DNA of 64,000 bases from contig OZ024759.1 in the NCBI GenBank assembly GCA_964016885.1, forward strand, positions 35,340,001-35,404,000, written 5' to 3'. This document shows positions 11,634-26,160 of the stretch, piece after piece. Position 1 is the first letter of the stretch, and the number at the start of each line of letters is the position of its first letter. This DNA comes from Eledone cirrhosa. Lineage: Eukaryota. The notes beneath the pieces were generated by a model. The model was not told where the DNA came from. It did not search any database and saw nothing but the letters and a program-made list of their open reading frames with translations. Both the position numbers and the translations under genes were made by a program.

Positions 11634-11748
11634 AATATGGTTTTAGAAATATAGTTTCCATTTATGTAATATCATTGAATACTTACTCCAGAAATCTGTC
11701 AAGTGCTTTGAATCAGTTATAAACATCTATATTTGTTGGATATCCTTC

Positions 11749-11790
<42 letters not shown>

Positions 11791-11796
11791 ATGGAA

Positions 11797-12035
11797 GACA
11801 CTTTATTTCATATTGCTCCAGTTTACTCAGCTGTAGAAATGAGATGATAGGGACTAGGGTCCCTATCATTCCACTGTAAAGTGGACGTGGAGGTGCCACG
11901 GCAAAAAAGCACCCAGCACTCACTGTAAATGAGGTTGGTGTTAGGAAGGGCATCCAGCTGTAGAAATCAAGCCAGAATCAGTTCCCGTCCCACCCTTGCA
12001 AGCAAGGAAAAGCAGACGTAAATAAAAAATGAAAT
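11797..12035 (+). mobile_element. SINE family B, 5'-truncated
   Basis: Matches the body and tail of 47800-48155. Confidence 0.75.
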
Positions 12036-12036
12036 G

Positions 12037-12116
<80 letters not shown>

Positions 12117-12350
12117 TATGGATATATAAATATATATATAACGAAGGAATTGTGGTAAGGAACCAGATGGACCATAACGCACCAGAGTACTCAATACTTA
12201 GGGTAGTAGAGTGGGTAGATGTATTGAAGGCTTCTTTGGTTTATTTTCATAATTCTTCGGCTCTGTTTAATTACATTGAGCTATACCTTTACTGTCATTT
12301 CTATAATACGAAGAGGGTGTTTAACTCCAACACACTCTAGTATTTTAAAT

Positions 12351-12404
<54 letters not shown>

Positions 12405-13237
12405 TGTATATATTTAAATATATATACACATACATTAATATATATTTCTTTTGCCACAATTGCCTGAAGTAGTTCTACTTTGTCAATCTCTCTCTCTCTC
12501 ACTCTCTCTCTCTCTCCTTCTCCATCTCTCTCCACCGCCACCATCATCGCAATGTGGTTTAACGTCCCCACCTTCACCACCTCCGTATCTCCCCCTCACC
12601 CTCTCTCTCTATCTAATTTCAACTTCGTTCTCTGTCTATGTTATCAACTCGGTTAAGTTACCTCCCCCACAAACAAACCAGAACTGTTATTTACACACTA
12701 CACCACCACCACTACCACCACCACACTACACTACACCACCACCACACTACACTACACCACCACCATACCACCACCACACTACACTACACCACCACCACAC
12801 TACATTACCCTACCACCATACCACCACTAAACCACCACCTCACTACATTACACCACCACCATTACACTACACCACCACAACCATCACACTACATTACACT
12901 ACCACCATACCACCACTAAACCACCACCTCACTACACTACACCACCACCACCATTACACTACACCACCACCACACTACATTACACTACCACCATACCACC
13001 ACCTCACTACACTACACCACCACTACATTACACTACCACCACTACCACCACACCACACTACACTATATATGAGTTCTGTCAGTGAAAGCAGGTGAGAGAA
13101 GGAGAAAGAGAGAAAGAGAAAGACACAGAGAGAGAAAGACAAAGCCAGAGAGAGAGATAGAAAAAAAACAAAGCTAGAGAAAGAGAGAAAGAGACAAAAC
13201 TAGAGAGAGTAGTGGTAGTAGTGGTAGTAGTAGTAGT

Positions 13238-13295
<58 letters not shown>

Positions 13296-13499
13296 ATAGT
13301 ATTAGTAGTAGTAGTAGTAATAGTAGTATTAGTAGTAGTAGTAGTAATAGTAGTAGTAGTAATAGTAGTAGTAGTAGTAGTAGTAATAGTAGTAGTAGTA
13401 GTAGTAAGAGAATTTATTTGAATGATGTAAAAAGTTGGGGGAAAAACTTTTCTGAACAGACGAAAACCACGGCTGGGAAAAGACCAACACAACTTTATT

Positions 13500-14315
13500 C
13501 CACTGCTTCTACAAACACTAAGATCTGGATTGTGTATATACTATATATACCATACTTGTCAACTATTTGTCATACACACAGCCACTGCTTCTACAAACAC
13601 TAAGATCTGGATTGTGTATATACTATATATACCATACTTGTCAACTATTTGTCATACACACAGCCACTGCTTCTACAAACATTAAGATCTGGATTGTGTA
13701 TATACTATATATACCATACTTGTCAACTATTTGTCATACACACAGCCACTGCTTCTACAAGCACTAAGATCTGGATTGTGTATATACTATATATACCATA
13801 CTTGTCAACTATTTGTCATACACACAGCCACTGCTTCTACAAGCACTAAGATCTGGATTGTGTATATACTATATATACCATACTTGTCAACTATTTGTCA
13901 TACACACAGCCACTGCTTCTACAAGCACTAAGATCTGGATTGTGTATATACTATATATACCATACTTGTCAACTATTTGTCATACACACAGCCACTGCTT
14001 CTACAAACACTAAGATCTGGATTGTGTATATACTATATATACCATACTTGTCAACTATTTGTCATACACACAGCCACTGCTTCTACAAACATTAAGATCT
14101 GGATTGTGTATATACTATATATACCATACTTGTCAACTATTTGTCATACACACAGCCACTGCTTCTACAAGCACTAAGATCTGGATTGTGTATATACTAT
14201 ATATACCATACTTGTCAACTATTTGTCATACACACAGCCACTGCTTCTACAAGCACTAAGATCTGGATTGTATATATACCATACTTGGCAACTATTTGTC
14301 ATACACACAGCCACA
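13500..14315. repeat. 82-bp minisatellite (~10 copies)
   Basis: 82-bp period, also visible in the ORF offsets. Confidence 0.95.
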
Positions 14316-14440
14316 ATTATATATTGTATATTATATGTATGTATAACTTGTTCACGTTTCCTTAAAGAAAAAAAATATGTTGTCAATATTTGATAATTCG
14401 TTTGATACCACGTGAAGGGCACTGCTACCGATACACACAC

Positions 14441-14475
<35 letters not shown>

Positions 14476-14495
14476 CATATATATCCCCCCCTCTC

Positions 14496-14528
<33 letters not shown>

Positions 14529-14754
14529 ACAGATAGATATGTTTATTAGCCACAGGGGCACAAAAGAAGGGGGAAGTTTACATTGTATTGTTATGTCAAT
14601 GACTAAACAATGATATTTACAATCCCTACAATGTCCTCCTCGACAGCTAACAGCTAAACAGACAACATATTTCAACAAGCAGCTTATCTTTTCGTCAGTA
14701 ATAATGTTATTTTATAATTCAGACGATTAAAATATCCCACAGTATACATACATA

Positions 14755-14825
<71 letters not shown>

Positions 14826-14937
14826 TATACATATATATATATACATTAGGGTGTTATTGCTCACCCGGAATTACCAAATGCGAGGAAGACGACTTACTTA
14901 AAATTATTGTTTGTAAGTAAAACCAGTCTCTCTCTCT

Positions 14938-14979
<42 letters not shown>

Positions 14980-15265
14980 TGTACAGATTGAAGTTTAAGC
15001 AAAAGATTTCTGCTTTCAGCCTATACGGAATTTGTCGAGCCATCATCGGATTTTGGTCTCTGTGTGTGTATATATATATATATATATCTCATTCGAAAAC
15101 TTTATTAATGGATTTTCCCTGATGTAATTGCAATTAATTTATCTGCCAACAAAGTAACGATGAAAAAAATCTGATAGTTTCGTGTGAAATGTGAACAGAT
15201 TTCATTACAGTTATATAAATTATTTTTGATATACACCCACTCGTCTGCCTTCATGTGTTTTGGAT

Positions 15266-17824
15266 ATGGAAGTACATTTAAAGTTCGGCAAACACACCGA
15301 AATTATTTATGATATCAACATCCGAGATGAGTGCCGTCCTCGGGTCGGCCAGAATTCTAATTTTTCTGAAACAATTGTTATGGAACCAGCTATATGGTTT
15401 AAATCTCTGGTTATTTCTTATATACACCTGGATTGTGATCTACAACGAATTAAGTACCGCAAGTCTTTTAAACTTTGCGGTAAAGGTGTTGTAGTAATTG
15501 TACCAGAGATGGAAGAAACTTTACACAGATCCAATACTCTCTGTAACCATTATCGATTTAGTGAAAAGTCCATCGATGTAACGGACGATGCCGAGTGCTA
15601 CGATTTCGAATGCGTTTTGGACGAATTATTTGACCAGGCTATTGATTGTCTCCATAATTTAAAACATAAAGAAATTACCCTCAACCAGTTTTATTCTCGT
15701 GTATTAAGGCTGATTCACTGTTTTGTTTTTCCGTCTGTAAAGTTTACTACATGTGACTTGCCCCTTCTCCTACAGGCGCAAGATTATATTCACCAACAGC
15801 TGAGTAATGTGGAGAAAGCTATACTGAAACAAGACAAACTTGTTTTCCAAACAGAATCGTCGCTTCGTTCTCAAAGAGAGCGTTTATTCCGCACGGAAAG
15901 CTTCCACAAAGAGTCTTATATCAGACAAAGCTGTAAATCTGATTTCCTGGAGATCCTGCTTAAAGATATTGAAAGGGATGTCTTCAAGCATGACCGACTC
16001 TTGGACGAATGTCAGAAAAAAATCAACGTTTTAAAAGAGAAAGAAAGTCCAAATTCTTGTACTTTACAAATATATCGTAAAGATAGAGATGTAGTTCACC
16101 AACAGCTGTCAAATTTGGAAAATATTCGCGAAAATATAAAGAATGTGATAATAAGACCTGTAGCAAAGAAGAAAAAATTTCGGCGTAAAAAATTCCAGAA
16201 GAATGTATTTCATGATATATATAGTGAAGTCTATAAAAAGTTACTGGAACAAAAAGAAAAACTGCAATATCTGTGTTTCAACAAGGTGAAAATGGTAACA
16301 GTACGTGAAGCTATAACAATGTCGATTCGAGATATCCACTCTGTTGGTGAAACTTTGGGTATTGATGTTAAAATTGATGGCAGTGAGAGAGCTACAGATA
16401 TTCTTGATGTCAAAGAAAAACCAGATTATTGGAAGACACATAACGAAAAGGTGGTTCATATCTTAAGCAATACTGAAGAAATGGCACACAAAATTCATGT
16501 TGACTTTTGTTCCAACATTAAAGATAAAATTAATGCTTGCATTGATGAATATTTAATGTTTAATGCTGATTATACTTTGAAGAAAGATACATCTCCAACA
16601 TTTTGGATATCTCCTTCTGAACTGACTATTATAAACCAAAATACTGTTTCATCTCAACAACGCCGAAAACACACGTTTAATTCTCCCTCAAAATCTGATA
16701 GTTCAGCTTGCCAAAGTGTAAATTCTATGGAGTTACCCGAGTTAGGAGATCCATCAACCAACTCCACTTATTCGAGCAGAAGCAGGTCAATGTTAAGTGA
16801 TCAATTTAGAACCCTTCCTATGAAGTCATCTCTAGATATTATTTCTTCTGATATCAAAAACCACCTACAGAAAATGTCATACCAAGTACTTCCAAAACTA
16901 CTACAACATGAAAATATCTCGCCAGTTAAGTTATGGCTGCTATACGAAAGTCACTTATACTTGAATATTATGGATGATATTCTGTATCTCTATACAACAG
17001 CATACGATTCTCATTGTCAAAAACTCATAAATAACATTGCTAACTTCTCGGTTTCAGAGTTTATAACTGATGACTGTTTCATCGAGTGCCTCTTCTCCAA
17101 ATGTGACATGTACGATAGCATCAGCCAGGCAGACTCTGGCAAAAACAGTAGCAACAGCAGTGAAGAAGATGATGTTGTGTGTGTCGATAAGAGCCGCCTT
17201 TCTTCATCTTTAGATAGCTTGAACTGGAGAGGAAGTTTGGTGAAGAATTTATACAAACGAGCTGACAGAGAGTGCTCAAACTTAATGCACTCTATGGACA
17301 CTTATGCACAGAGCAACTCTCTACAAAGTTCTCTTGATTCTGAAGAATCATTGGCCAATCATTCATCTGTGAAAACCCCTCCGCCAGAACCAGTTGAAAC
17401 TGAGGACCCAACTTTACCGAAATCTCCCAGAAATTCCCACTATAATATAGTGAAATTCAAACAGTTCTTTATGCCAGCTCTTGTCTATGTAGACAATCTT
17501 TCAGTAACTAGCAGTATAGTTTCCAAACTTCGCTGTTTGACAAGGATGTTTCGTTACCTTAATTCTACAATCGCTACTCTATGTTCAACAGATAACAAGG
17601 AATATTTTGTTTGTTCTGATGAAATTCTTACAGTGGCCATCTTGATATTAGTGATGCTTGTTGAACCGCAGAAACTGAAAACTTTTTACATCAACTTGTT
17701 GGTCATTATTGACCTCATGGCTCCCTGTTTAGTAGGGGGCCTTCATGATTGTAGTTTAACCACATTCTACAGTGCCTTCCAGTTTATAGCCGACCGGATT
17801 TTCCTAATGACTCAAAAAAGATGA
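15266..17824 (+). CDS. Uninterrupted ~852-aa ORF: coiled-coil/basic middle region and C-terminal VPS9-like (Rab5-family GEF) domain
   Basis: Only long complex-sequence ORF in the window. First ATG at 15266 (the track starts at TTG 15260). C-terminal KLRCL...CSDEILTVAILILV...LKTFYINLLVIIDL...GGLHDCSLTTFYSAFQFI matches the VPS9 pattern (KL..L; GADDLLPxLxYVxI; GExGYxLTTxxSAxxFI) by eye. Confidence 0.8.
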   Translation: MEVHLKFGKHTEIIYDINIRDECRPRVGQNSNFSETIVMEPAIWFKSLVISYIHLDCDLQRIKYRKSFKLCGKGVVVIVPEMEETLHRSNTLCNHYRFSEKSIDVTDDAECYDFECVLDELFDQAIDCLHNLKHKEITLNQFYSRVLRLIHCFVFPSVKFTTCDLPLLLQAQDYIHQQLSNVEKAILKQDKLVFQTESSLRSQRERLFRTESFHKESYIRQSCKSDFLEILLKDIERDVFKHDRLLDECQKKINVLKEKESPNSCTLQIYRKDRDVVHQQLSNLENIRENIKNVIIRPVAKKKKFRRKKFQKNVFHDIYSEVYKKLLEQKEKLQYLCFNKVKMVTVREAITMSIRDIHSVGETLGIDVKIDGSERATDILDVKEKPDYWKTHNEKVVHILSNTEEMAHKIHVDFCSNIKDKINACIDEYLMFNADYTLKKDTSPTFWISPSELTIINQNTVSSQQRRKHTFNSPSKSDSSACQSVNSMELPELGDPSTNSTYSSRSRSMLSDQFRTLPMKSSLDIISSDIKNHLQKMSYQVLPKLLQHENISPVKLWLLYESHLYLNIMDDILYLYTTAYDSHCQKLINNIANFSVSEFITDDCFIECLFSKCDMYDSISQADSGKNSSNSSEEDDVVCVDKSRLSSSLDSLNWRGSLVKNLYKRADRECSNLMHSMDTYAQSNSLQSSLDSEESLANHSSVKTPPPEPVETEDPTLPKSPRNSHYNIVKFKQFFMPALVYVDNLSVTSSIVSKLRCLTRMFRYLNSTIATLCSTDNKEYFVCSDEILTVAILILVMLVEPQKLKTFYINLLVIIDLMAPCLVGGLHDCSLTTFYSAFQFIADRIFLMTQKR

Positions 17825-17879
17825 GGTAAATATCTTCATTTATGTAAATAACGTTGTTGTTGTTGTTGTTGTTGTTGTT

Positions 17880-18145
17880 CATCTTCTCACATTTATTCCT
17901 GAAAGGGTCTTGGGGTCAAAGTCCTCAAACACTCCTTCCAGTCGGATCCTGTCAGAAGCAACCATCTCCAAATGATCGAGCTGGATCCCCAAGTGAGATA
18001 AGCCAAGCTCATGGATGTTATTCAACCACCTTGCTCGGAGTCTACCCCTGGGTCTCCTGCCAGTTGGTTTTACCAGAAAAATCTGTCCAGTGATTCTTTC
18101 CTGAGACATAACCACATGTCCATAGTATCGGAGCTGTGATCTCTC
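17880..18145 (-). mobile_element. RTE-clade LINE 3' fragment
   Basis: IERSQLRYYGHVVMSQERITGQIFLVKPTGRRPRGRLRARWLNNI, a typical RTE C-terminal motif. Confidence 0.8.
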
Positions 18146-18657
18146 TATCCCGAGACCCGAAAGAGGGTCCAGAAGAGAGCAAACCTTGACAATTGAAACT
18201 TGGAACATCACAATTCTAAACAGGAACTAGTGGAGGAGGTTAGATGCTACTAGCTAGATATAGTCAGGAGTTTCCTCAACAAAGATCTGTGGCTCTGATC
18301 AGGGCTTCCATGAGAAATTTTGCAAAGTGGGACAAGATTTTTCTCAAAATGTATGTTGCATGGTTGCTGTGGGGCCTTCTTAGCTCTTGAGTCCCGGAAC
18401 AAGGTATCAGCTGGACCCCCCCCCCCCCCCCCCTCATAGGCCCTGGCTTTGATATTGTAGATTTGGATGGAGGATGGAAACTCCACTATTCAGGTGTAGC
18501 GCCATAAATGTAATTAACATTTCTAAAAGAAACAAAAAAAAAAAAAAAAAGAAATTCAGAGTGTTGGCTGTATTTGAAATCTGTAGAAAATGTAGAAATC
18601 CCAAATCATTCATAGTGGTTGCTCTCTCCTTTTCTCTCGTCTGTGAGAGGTGAGGGG

Positions 18658-19532
18658 TTAAACCCTTTGGCGTTTTTAAACTGGCTGTGACCAGCCAGAA
18701 TTCTCTCACCTCTGATCAAACTGGATGTAACCAGCTTCTCATACTGATATTAAGGTATTGTTCTCAAAATAAATAATATCAAAATCTCATAGATTCAGTA
18801 TTATGTGAGATATTATGTGAGGTAAAGTGTTTACTGTGACAATACAATAGTATATATAGAGTAATGTAAATGTTATGTGAGATATTATGTGAGGTAAAGC
18901 CTTTACTGTGAAAATACAATGGTATATATAGAGTAATGTAAATGTTATGTGAGATATTATGTGAGGTAAAGCCTTTACTGTGAAAATACAATAGTATATA
19001 TAGAGTAATGTAAATGTTATGTGAGATATTATGTGAGGTAAAGCCTTTACTGTGAAAATACAATAGTATATATAGAGTAATGTAAATGTTATGTGAGATA
19101 TTATGTGAGGTAAAGCCTTTACTGTGAAAATACAATAGTATATATAGAGTAATGTAAATGTTATGTGAGATATTATGTGAGGTAAAGCCTTTACTGTGAA
19201 AATACAATAGTATATATAGAGTAATGTAAATGTTATGTGAGATATTATGTGAGGTAAAGCCTTTACTGTGAAAATACAATAGTATATATAGAGTAATGTA
19301 AATGTTATGTGAGATATTATGTGAGGTAAAGCCTTTACTGTGAAAATACAATAGTATATATAGAGTAATGTAAATGTTATGTGAGATATTATGTGAGGTA
19401 AAGCCTTTACTGTGAAAATACAATAGTATATATAGAGTAATGTAAATGGTATGTGAGATATTATGTGAGGTAAAGCCTTTACTGTGAAAATACAATAGTA
19501 TATATAGAGTAATGTAAATGGTAAAGGGTTAA
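18658..19532. mobile_element. piggyBac-like non-autonomous element swollen by an internal 60-bp tandem array (~12 copies)
   Basis: Begins TTAAACCCTTT and ends AAAGGGTTAA; 60-bp period from ~18797 to ~19520. Confidence 0.55.
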
Positions 19533-21597
19533 GAGGTTCTTTGCTCGGTTTTCTCAGCTATTCATCATCATCATCATCGTTTAACGTCTATCTTCCACGC
19601 TAGCATGGGTTAGATGGGTTCTTCCTATTAGCAGCAAGTTGGAGTTGGGTGACAGTGTATCGTTAATATAGGACTATCATTTATAACAATCAACTGTAAT
19701 TACAGGTATTTTTTGTATATAGGGTTTCCAGATTTGATTTTTCAAGAATTTCCTTCCTTTTGATATTTTCCTTTGAAAATTTGTTTTGTAAACTTCCACT
19801 TTTAGGTAGGAGGTGTGGATAGTGTGTAGGTGGTGGTGGTGTGGAGGTGGTGTGGTGGTAGTGTGGAGGTGGTGTGGTGGGAGGTGGTGTGGTGGTAGTG
19901 TGTGGGTGGCGGTGTGGTGGTAGTGTGTTGATAGTGTGTGGGTGGTGGTGGTGTGGAGGCGGTGTGGTGATAGTGTGTGGGTGGTGGTGGTTTGGAGGCG
20001 GTGTGGTGGTAGTGTGTTGATAGTGTGTGGGTAGTGGTGTGTGGGTGGGGGTGTGTTGATAGTGTGTAGGTGGTGTGTTGATAGTGTGTGGGTGGTGTGG
20101 TGGTAGTGTTGGTGGTGTGTTGGTGTGGTGGTAGTGAGGAAACCTCCATGGTATGGAAATCACCATGGAGGGAGAAAAGCTTCCATGTAAATCTCCATGT
20201 ATATTTTTCAGTAGGGGAAACAACCCTACCAAGCCTCATATTTTATATGGCTTGAGATCAACACTTGACCCAGTGACATTCCAGTGATAATTAGTTCATG
20301 GGTTAGGCTGGCCTATTTAATATTCTTATTGATGATTATTCTTATTAAATGATGATTGAATTAAATATATAGAGTGCCAAAAATATAACAAAACAATCCT
20401 TTACATTGTATTAATCCTGTAATAAGATATATATATACACATATATAAAAGCGGACGTAAAATGATGTACGTCTGTATACATATATGTATGTACGTATAC
20501 ATACATATATGTACGTATACATACTTACATTTATATATATATATATATATACATTTATATATATATATATGTATATATGTATATATATGTGTATATATAT
20601 GTATATATGTATATATGTATATATATGTGTATATATATGTATATATATTCTAAGATAAGGAAAACTCTGATATCACACCTGCAACCCTGATGATATCCAA
20701 TGATGTTGACTTGTTCTTCTTTTTGGTAAATATCATCTTGGTTAAGAGAGTGGGACTGGCTTTGTGCAGTGCCTTTGCTCACTATAAAAACTTCACGGCA
20801 CAGGCATTGCTTTATATCTGGAGATCTCTCTGCACTTGTCGTGACATGGTACCATGGGCCCAGCACTATGTGTCAATAATTGTCACATGTGTAGTGTTTG
20901 TACCGGGGTTTTCAAGTCGCTGGCCGGACTGAAAAGTCACACTCGTTCAGCGCATCGGTAGGGGTTCTCCTACATGGATATAAAGTAGTGGCCGTACTCG
21001 AAAACGAGTTGGCAGCCACCATATATATGTATATATATATATATGTATATATATATGTATATATATATGTATATATATATATGTATATATATATGTATAT
21101 ATATATATATGTATATATGTCAGGTCACCAGTTGGTGCTACTGGTAACATGTATCCCAGTACAACCTGTCCCATGGTCGGGTCGTTGGCGACTAAACTGG
21201 CAACCCCACCAAGGTTTCTTGGTGAGGAGGGTGACTTTGGACATCCTGCAGGACTAAAAACAAAACCTGTCAAAGGGCAAAGGAGCTCTTAAGAGTCAAT
21301 GGCCATCCAAAATCACCGGGAGAGATGACCCCTTAGCCTTTGTCAAGGCAGAATTCTAGGAGAAGGAAAACTCTGATATAACACCTGCAACCCTGATGGT
21401 ATGTATATATATATATGTATATATATATGTATATATGTATATATGTATATATGTATATATGTATATATGTATATATATATGTATATATGTATATATATAT
21501 GTATATATGTATATATATATGTATATATGTATATATATATGTATATATGTATATATGTATATATATATGTATATATGTATATATGTATGTATATATG

Positions 21598-21644
<47 letters not shown>

Positions 21645-22452
21645 GTATATATGTATATATGTATATATGTATATATGTATATATGTATGTATATATGTAT
21701 ATATGTATGTATATATGTATATATGTATGTATATATGTATATATATATGTATATATATACATATATACATATATGTATATATATATGTATATATATATGT
21801 ATATATATATGTATATATATATGTATATATATATATATGTATATATGTCAGGTCACCAGTTGGTGCTACTGGTAACATGTATCCCAGTACAACCTGTCCC
21901 ATGGTCGGGTCGTTGGCGACTAAACTGGCAACCCCACCAAAGTTTCTTGGTGAGGAGGGTGACTTTGGACATCCTGCAGGACTAAAAACAAAACCTGTCA
22001 AAGGGCAAAGGAGCTCTTAAGAGTCAATGGCCATCCAAAATCACTGGGAGAGATGACCCCTTAGCCTTTGTCAAGGCAGAATTCTAGGAGAAGGAAAACT
22101 CTGATATAACACCTGCAACCCTGATGCTATCCAATGATGTTGACTTGTTCTTCTTTTTGGTAAATATCATCTTGGTTAAGAGAGTGGGACTGGCTTTGTG
22201 CAGTGCCTTTGCTCACTATAAAAGCTTCACGGCACAGGCATTGCTTTATATCTGGAGATCTCTCTGCACTTGTCGTCACATGGTACCATGGGCCCAGCAC
22301 TGTGTCAATAATTGTCACAAGTGTAGTGTTTGTACCAGAGTTTTCAAGTCGCTGGCTGGACTAAAAAGTCACACTCGTTCAGCGCATCGGTAGGGGTTCT
22401 CCTACATGGATATAAAGTAGTGGCCGTACTCGAAAACGAGTTGGCAGCCACC

Positions 22453-22729
22453 ATATATGTATATATGTGTGTATATATGTGTATATATATGTGTATATAT
22501 ATGTGTATATATATATGTGTATATATATGTATATATATATGTATATATATATGTATATATATATGTATATATATATATATATGTATGTATATATATATGT
22601 ATATGTATATATGTATATATATATGTATATATATATATATGTATATATGTATATATATATATATGTATATATGTATGTATATATGTATATATGTATATAT
22701 ATATATATGTATATATATATGTATATATG

Positions 22730-22760
<31 letters not shown>

Positions 22761-22807
22761 GTATATATGTATATATATATATATGTATATATATATGTAT
22801 ATATATG

Positions 22808-22838
<31 letters not shown>

Positions 22839-23723
22839 ATATATGTATATATATATGTATATATATATGTATATATATATGTATATATATATGTATATAT
22901 GTATGTATATATGTATGTATATATGTATGTATATATGTATGTATATATGTATATATATATGTATGTATATATGTATATATATATGTATATATATATGTAT
23001 ATATATATGTATATATATATGTATATATATATGTATATATATGTATATATATATGTATATATATATGTATATATATATGTATATATATATGTATATATAT
23101 ATGTATATATATATGTATATATATATGTATATATATATGTATATATATATGTATATATATATGTATATGTATATATATATGTATATATATATGTATGTAT
23201 ATATGTATATATATATGTATGTATATATGTATATATATGTATATGTGTATGTGTATATGTATATGTGTATATGTATATGTATATATATATGTATATATAT
23301 ATATGTATATATATATGTATATATATATGTATATATATATGTATATATATATGTATATATATATGTATATATATATGTATATATATATGTATATATATAT
23401 GTATATATATATGTATGTATATATGTATGTATGTATATATATATGTATATATATATGTATATATATATATGTATATATATATGTATATATATATATGTAT
23501 ATATATATATGTATATATATATATGTATATATATATATGTATATATATATGTATATATATATATGTATATATATATATGTATATATATATGTATATATAT
23601 ATATGTATATATATATATGTATATATATATGTATATATATATGTATATATATATGTATATATATATGTATATATATATGTATATATATATGTATATATAT
23701 ATGTATATATATATATGTATATA

Positions 23724-23758
<35 letters not shown>

Positions 23759-23943
23759 ATATATGTATATATATATGTATATATATATGTATATATATAT
23801 GTATATATATATGTATATATATATGTATATATATATGTATATATATATGTATATATATATGTATATATATATGTATATATATATGTATATATATATGTAT
23901 ATATATATGTATATATATATATATGTATATATATATGTATATA

Positions 23944-23978
<35 letters not shown>

Positions 23979-24377
23979 ATATATGTATATATATATGTAT
24001 ATATATATGTATATGTATATATATATGTATATATATATGTATATATATATGTATATATATATGTATATATATATGTATATGTATATGTATATATATATGT
24101 ATATATATATGTATATATATATGTATATGTATATGTATATATATATGTATATATATATGTATATATATATGTATATATATATGTATATATATATGTATAT
24201 GTATATATATATGTATATATATATGTATATATATATGTATATATATGTGTATATATATGTATATATATATATGTATGTATATATGTATGTATATATATGT
24301 ATATATGTATATATATGTATATATATATGTATATATATATATGTATATATATATATGTATATATATATATGTATATA

Positions 24378-24422
<45 letters not shown>

Positions 24423-25161
24423 GTATATATATATATGTATATATATATATGTATATATATATATGTATATATACATATATATATATATGTATATATATAC
24501 ATATATATATACATATATATATATACATACATATATACATATATATATACATATATATATACATATATATATACATATATATATATATGTATATATATAT
24601 ATATGTATATATATATATGTATATATATACATATATATATACATATATATATATACATACATATATACATATATATATACATATATATATACATATATAT
24701 ATACATATATACATATATATATACATATATATATACATATATATATACATATATACATACATATATACATATATATATACATATATATATACATATATAT
24801 ATACATATATATATACATATATATATACATATATATATACATATATATGTATATATATATGTATATATATATGTATATATATATGTATATATATATGTAT
24901 ATATATATGTATATATATATGTATGTATATATGTATGTATATATATATGTATGTATATATGTATATATATATGTATGTATATATGTATGTATATATGTAT
25001 ATATATATGTGTATATATATGTATGTATATATATATATATATATGTGTATATATATGTATGTATATATATATATATATATGTGTATATATATGTATGTAT
25101 ATATATATATATATATGTGTATATATATGTATGTATATATATATATATGTGTATATATATG

Positions 25162-25200
<39 letters not shown>

Positions 25201-25225
25201 ATATATATATATATATATGTGTATG

Positions 25226-25312
<87 letters not shown>

Positions 25313-25393
25313 GTATATATATATGTATATATATATGTATATATATATATGTATATATATATATGTATATATATATATGTATATATATATATG

Positions 25394-25424
<31 letters not shown>

Positions 25425-25867
25425 GTATATATATATATGTATATATATATATGTATATATATATATGTATATATATATATGTATATATATATATGTATAT
25501 ATATATGTATATATATATATGTATATATATATATGTATATATATATGTATATATATATATGTATATATATATGTATATATATATGTATATATATATGTAT
25601 ATATATATATGTATATATATATATGTATATATATATATGTATATATATATATGTATATATATATATGTATATATATATATGTATATATATATATGTATAT
25701 ATATATATGTATATATATATATGTATATATATATATGTATATATATATATGTATATATATATATGTATATATATATATGTATATATATATATGTATATAT
25801 ATATATGTATATATATATATGTATATATATATATGTGTATATATATATATGTATATATATATATATG

Positions 25868-25920
<53 letters not shown>

Positions 25921-25960
25921 GTATATATATATGTATAATATATATATGTATATATGTATA
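22453..25960. repeat. ~3.5-kb interrupted (TA)n array running into the assembly gap
   Basis: (TA)n punctuated by G or C. Confidence 0.95.
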
Positions 25961-26160
25961 NNNNNNNNNNNNNNNNNNNNNNNNNNNNNNNNNNNNNNNN
26001 NNNNNNNNNNNNNNNNNNNNNNNNNNNNNNNNNNNNNNNNNNNNNNNNNNNNNNNNNNNNNNNNNNNNNNNNNNNNNNNNNNNNNNNNNNNNNNNNNNNN
26101 NNNNNNNNNNNNNNNNNNNNNNNNNNNNNNNNNNNNNNNNNNNNNNNNNNNNNNNNNNNN
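25961..26160. other. Assembly gap (200 N)
   Basis: Run of N. Confidence 1.

Noticed and set aside
20684-20700. CTGATGA as a hammerhead core
   Set aside because: Not conserved in sibling copies (CTGATGG, CTGATGC) and no matching GAAA/helix arrangement.
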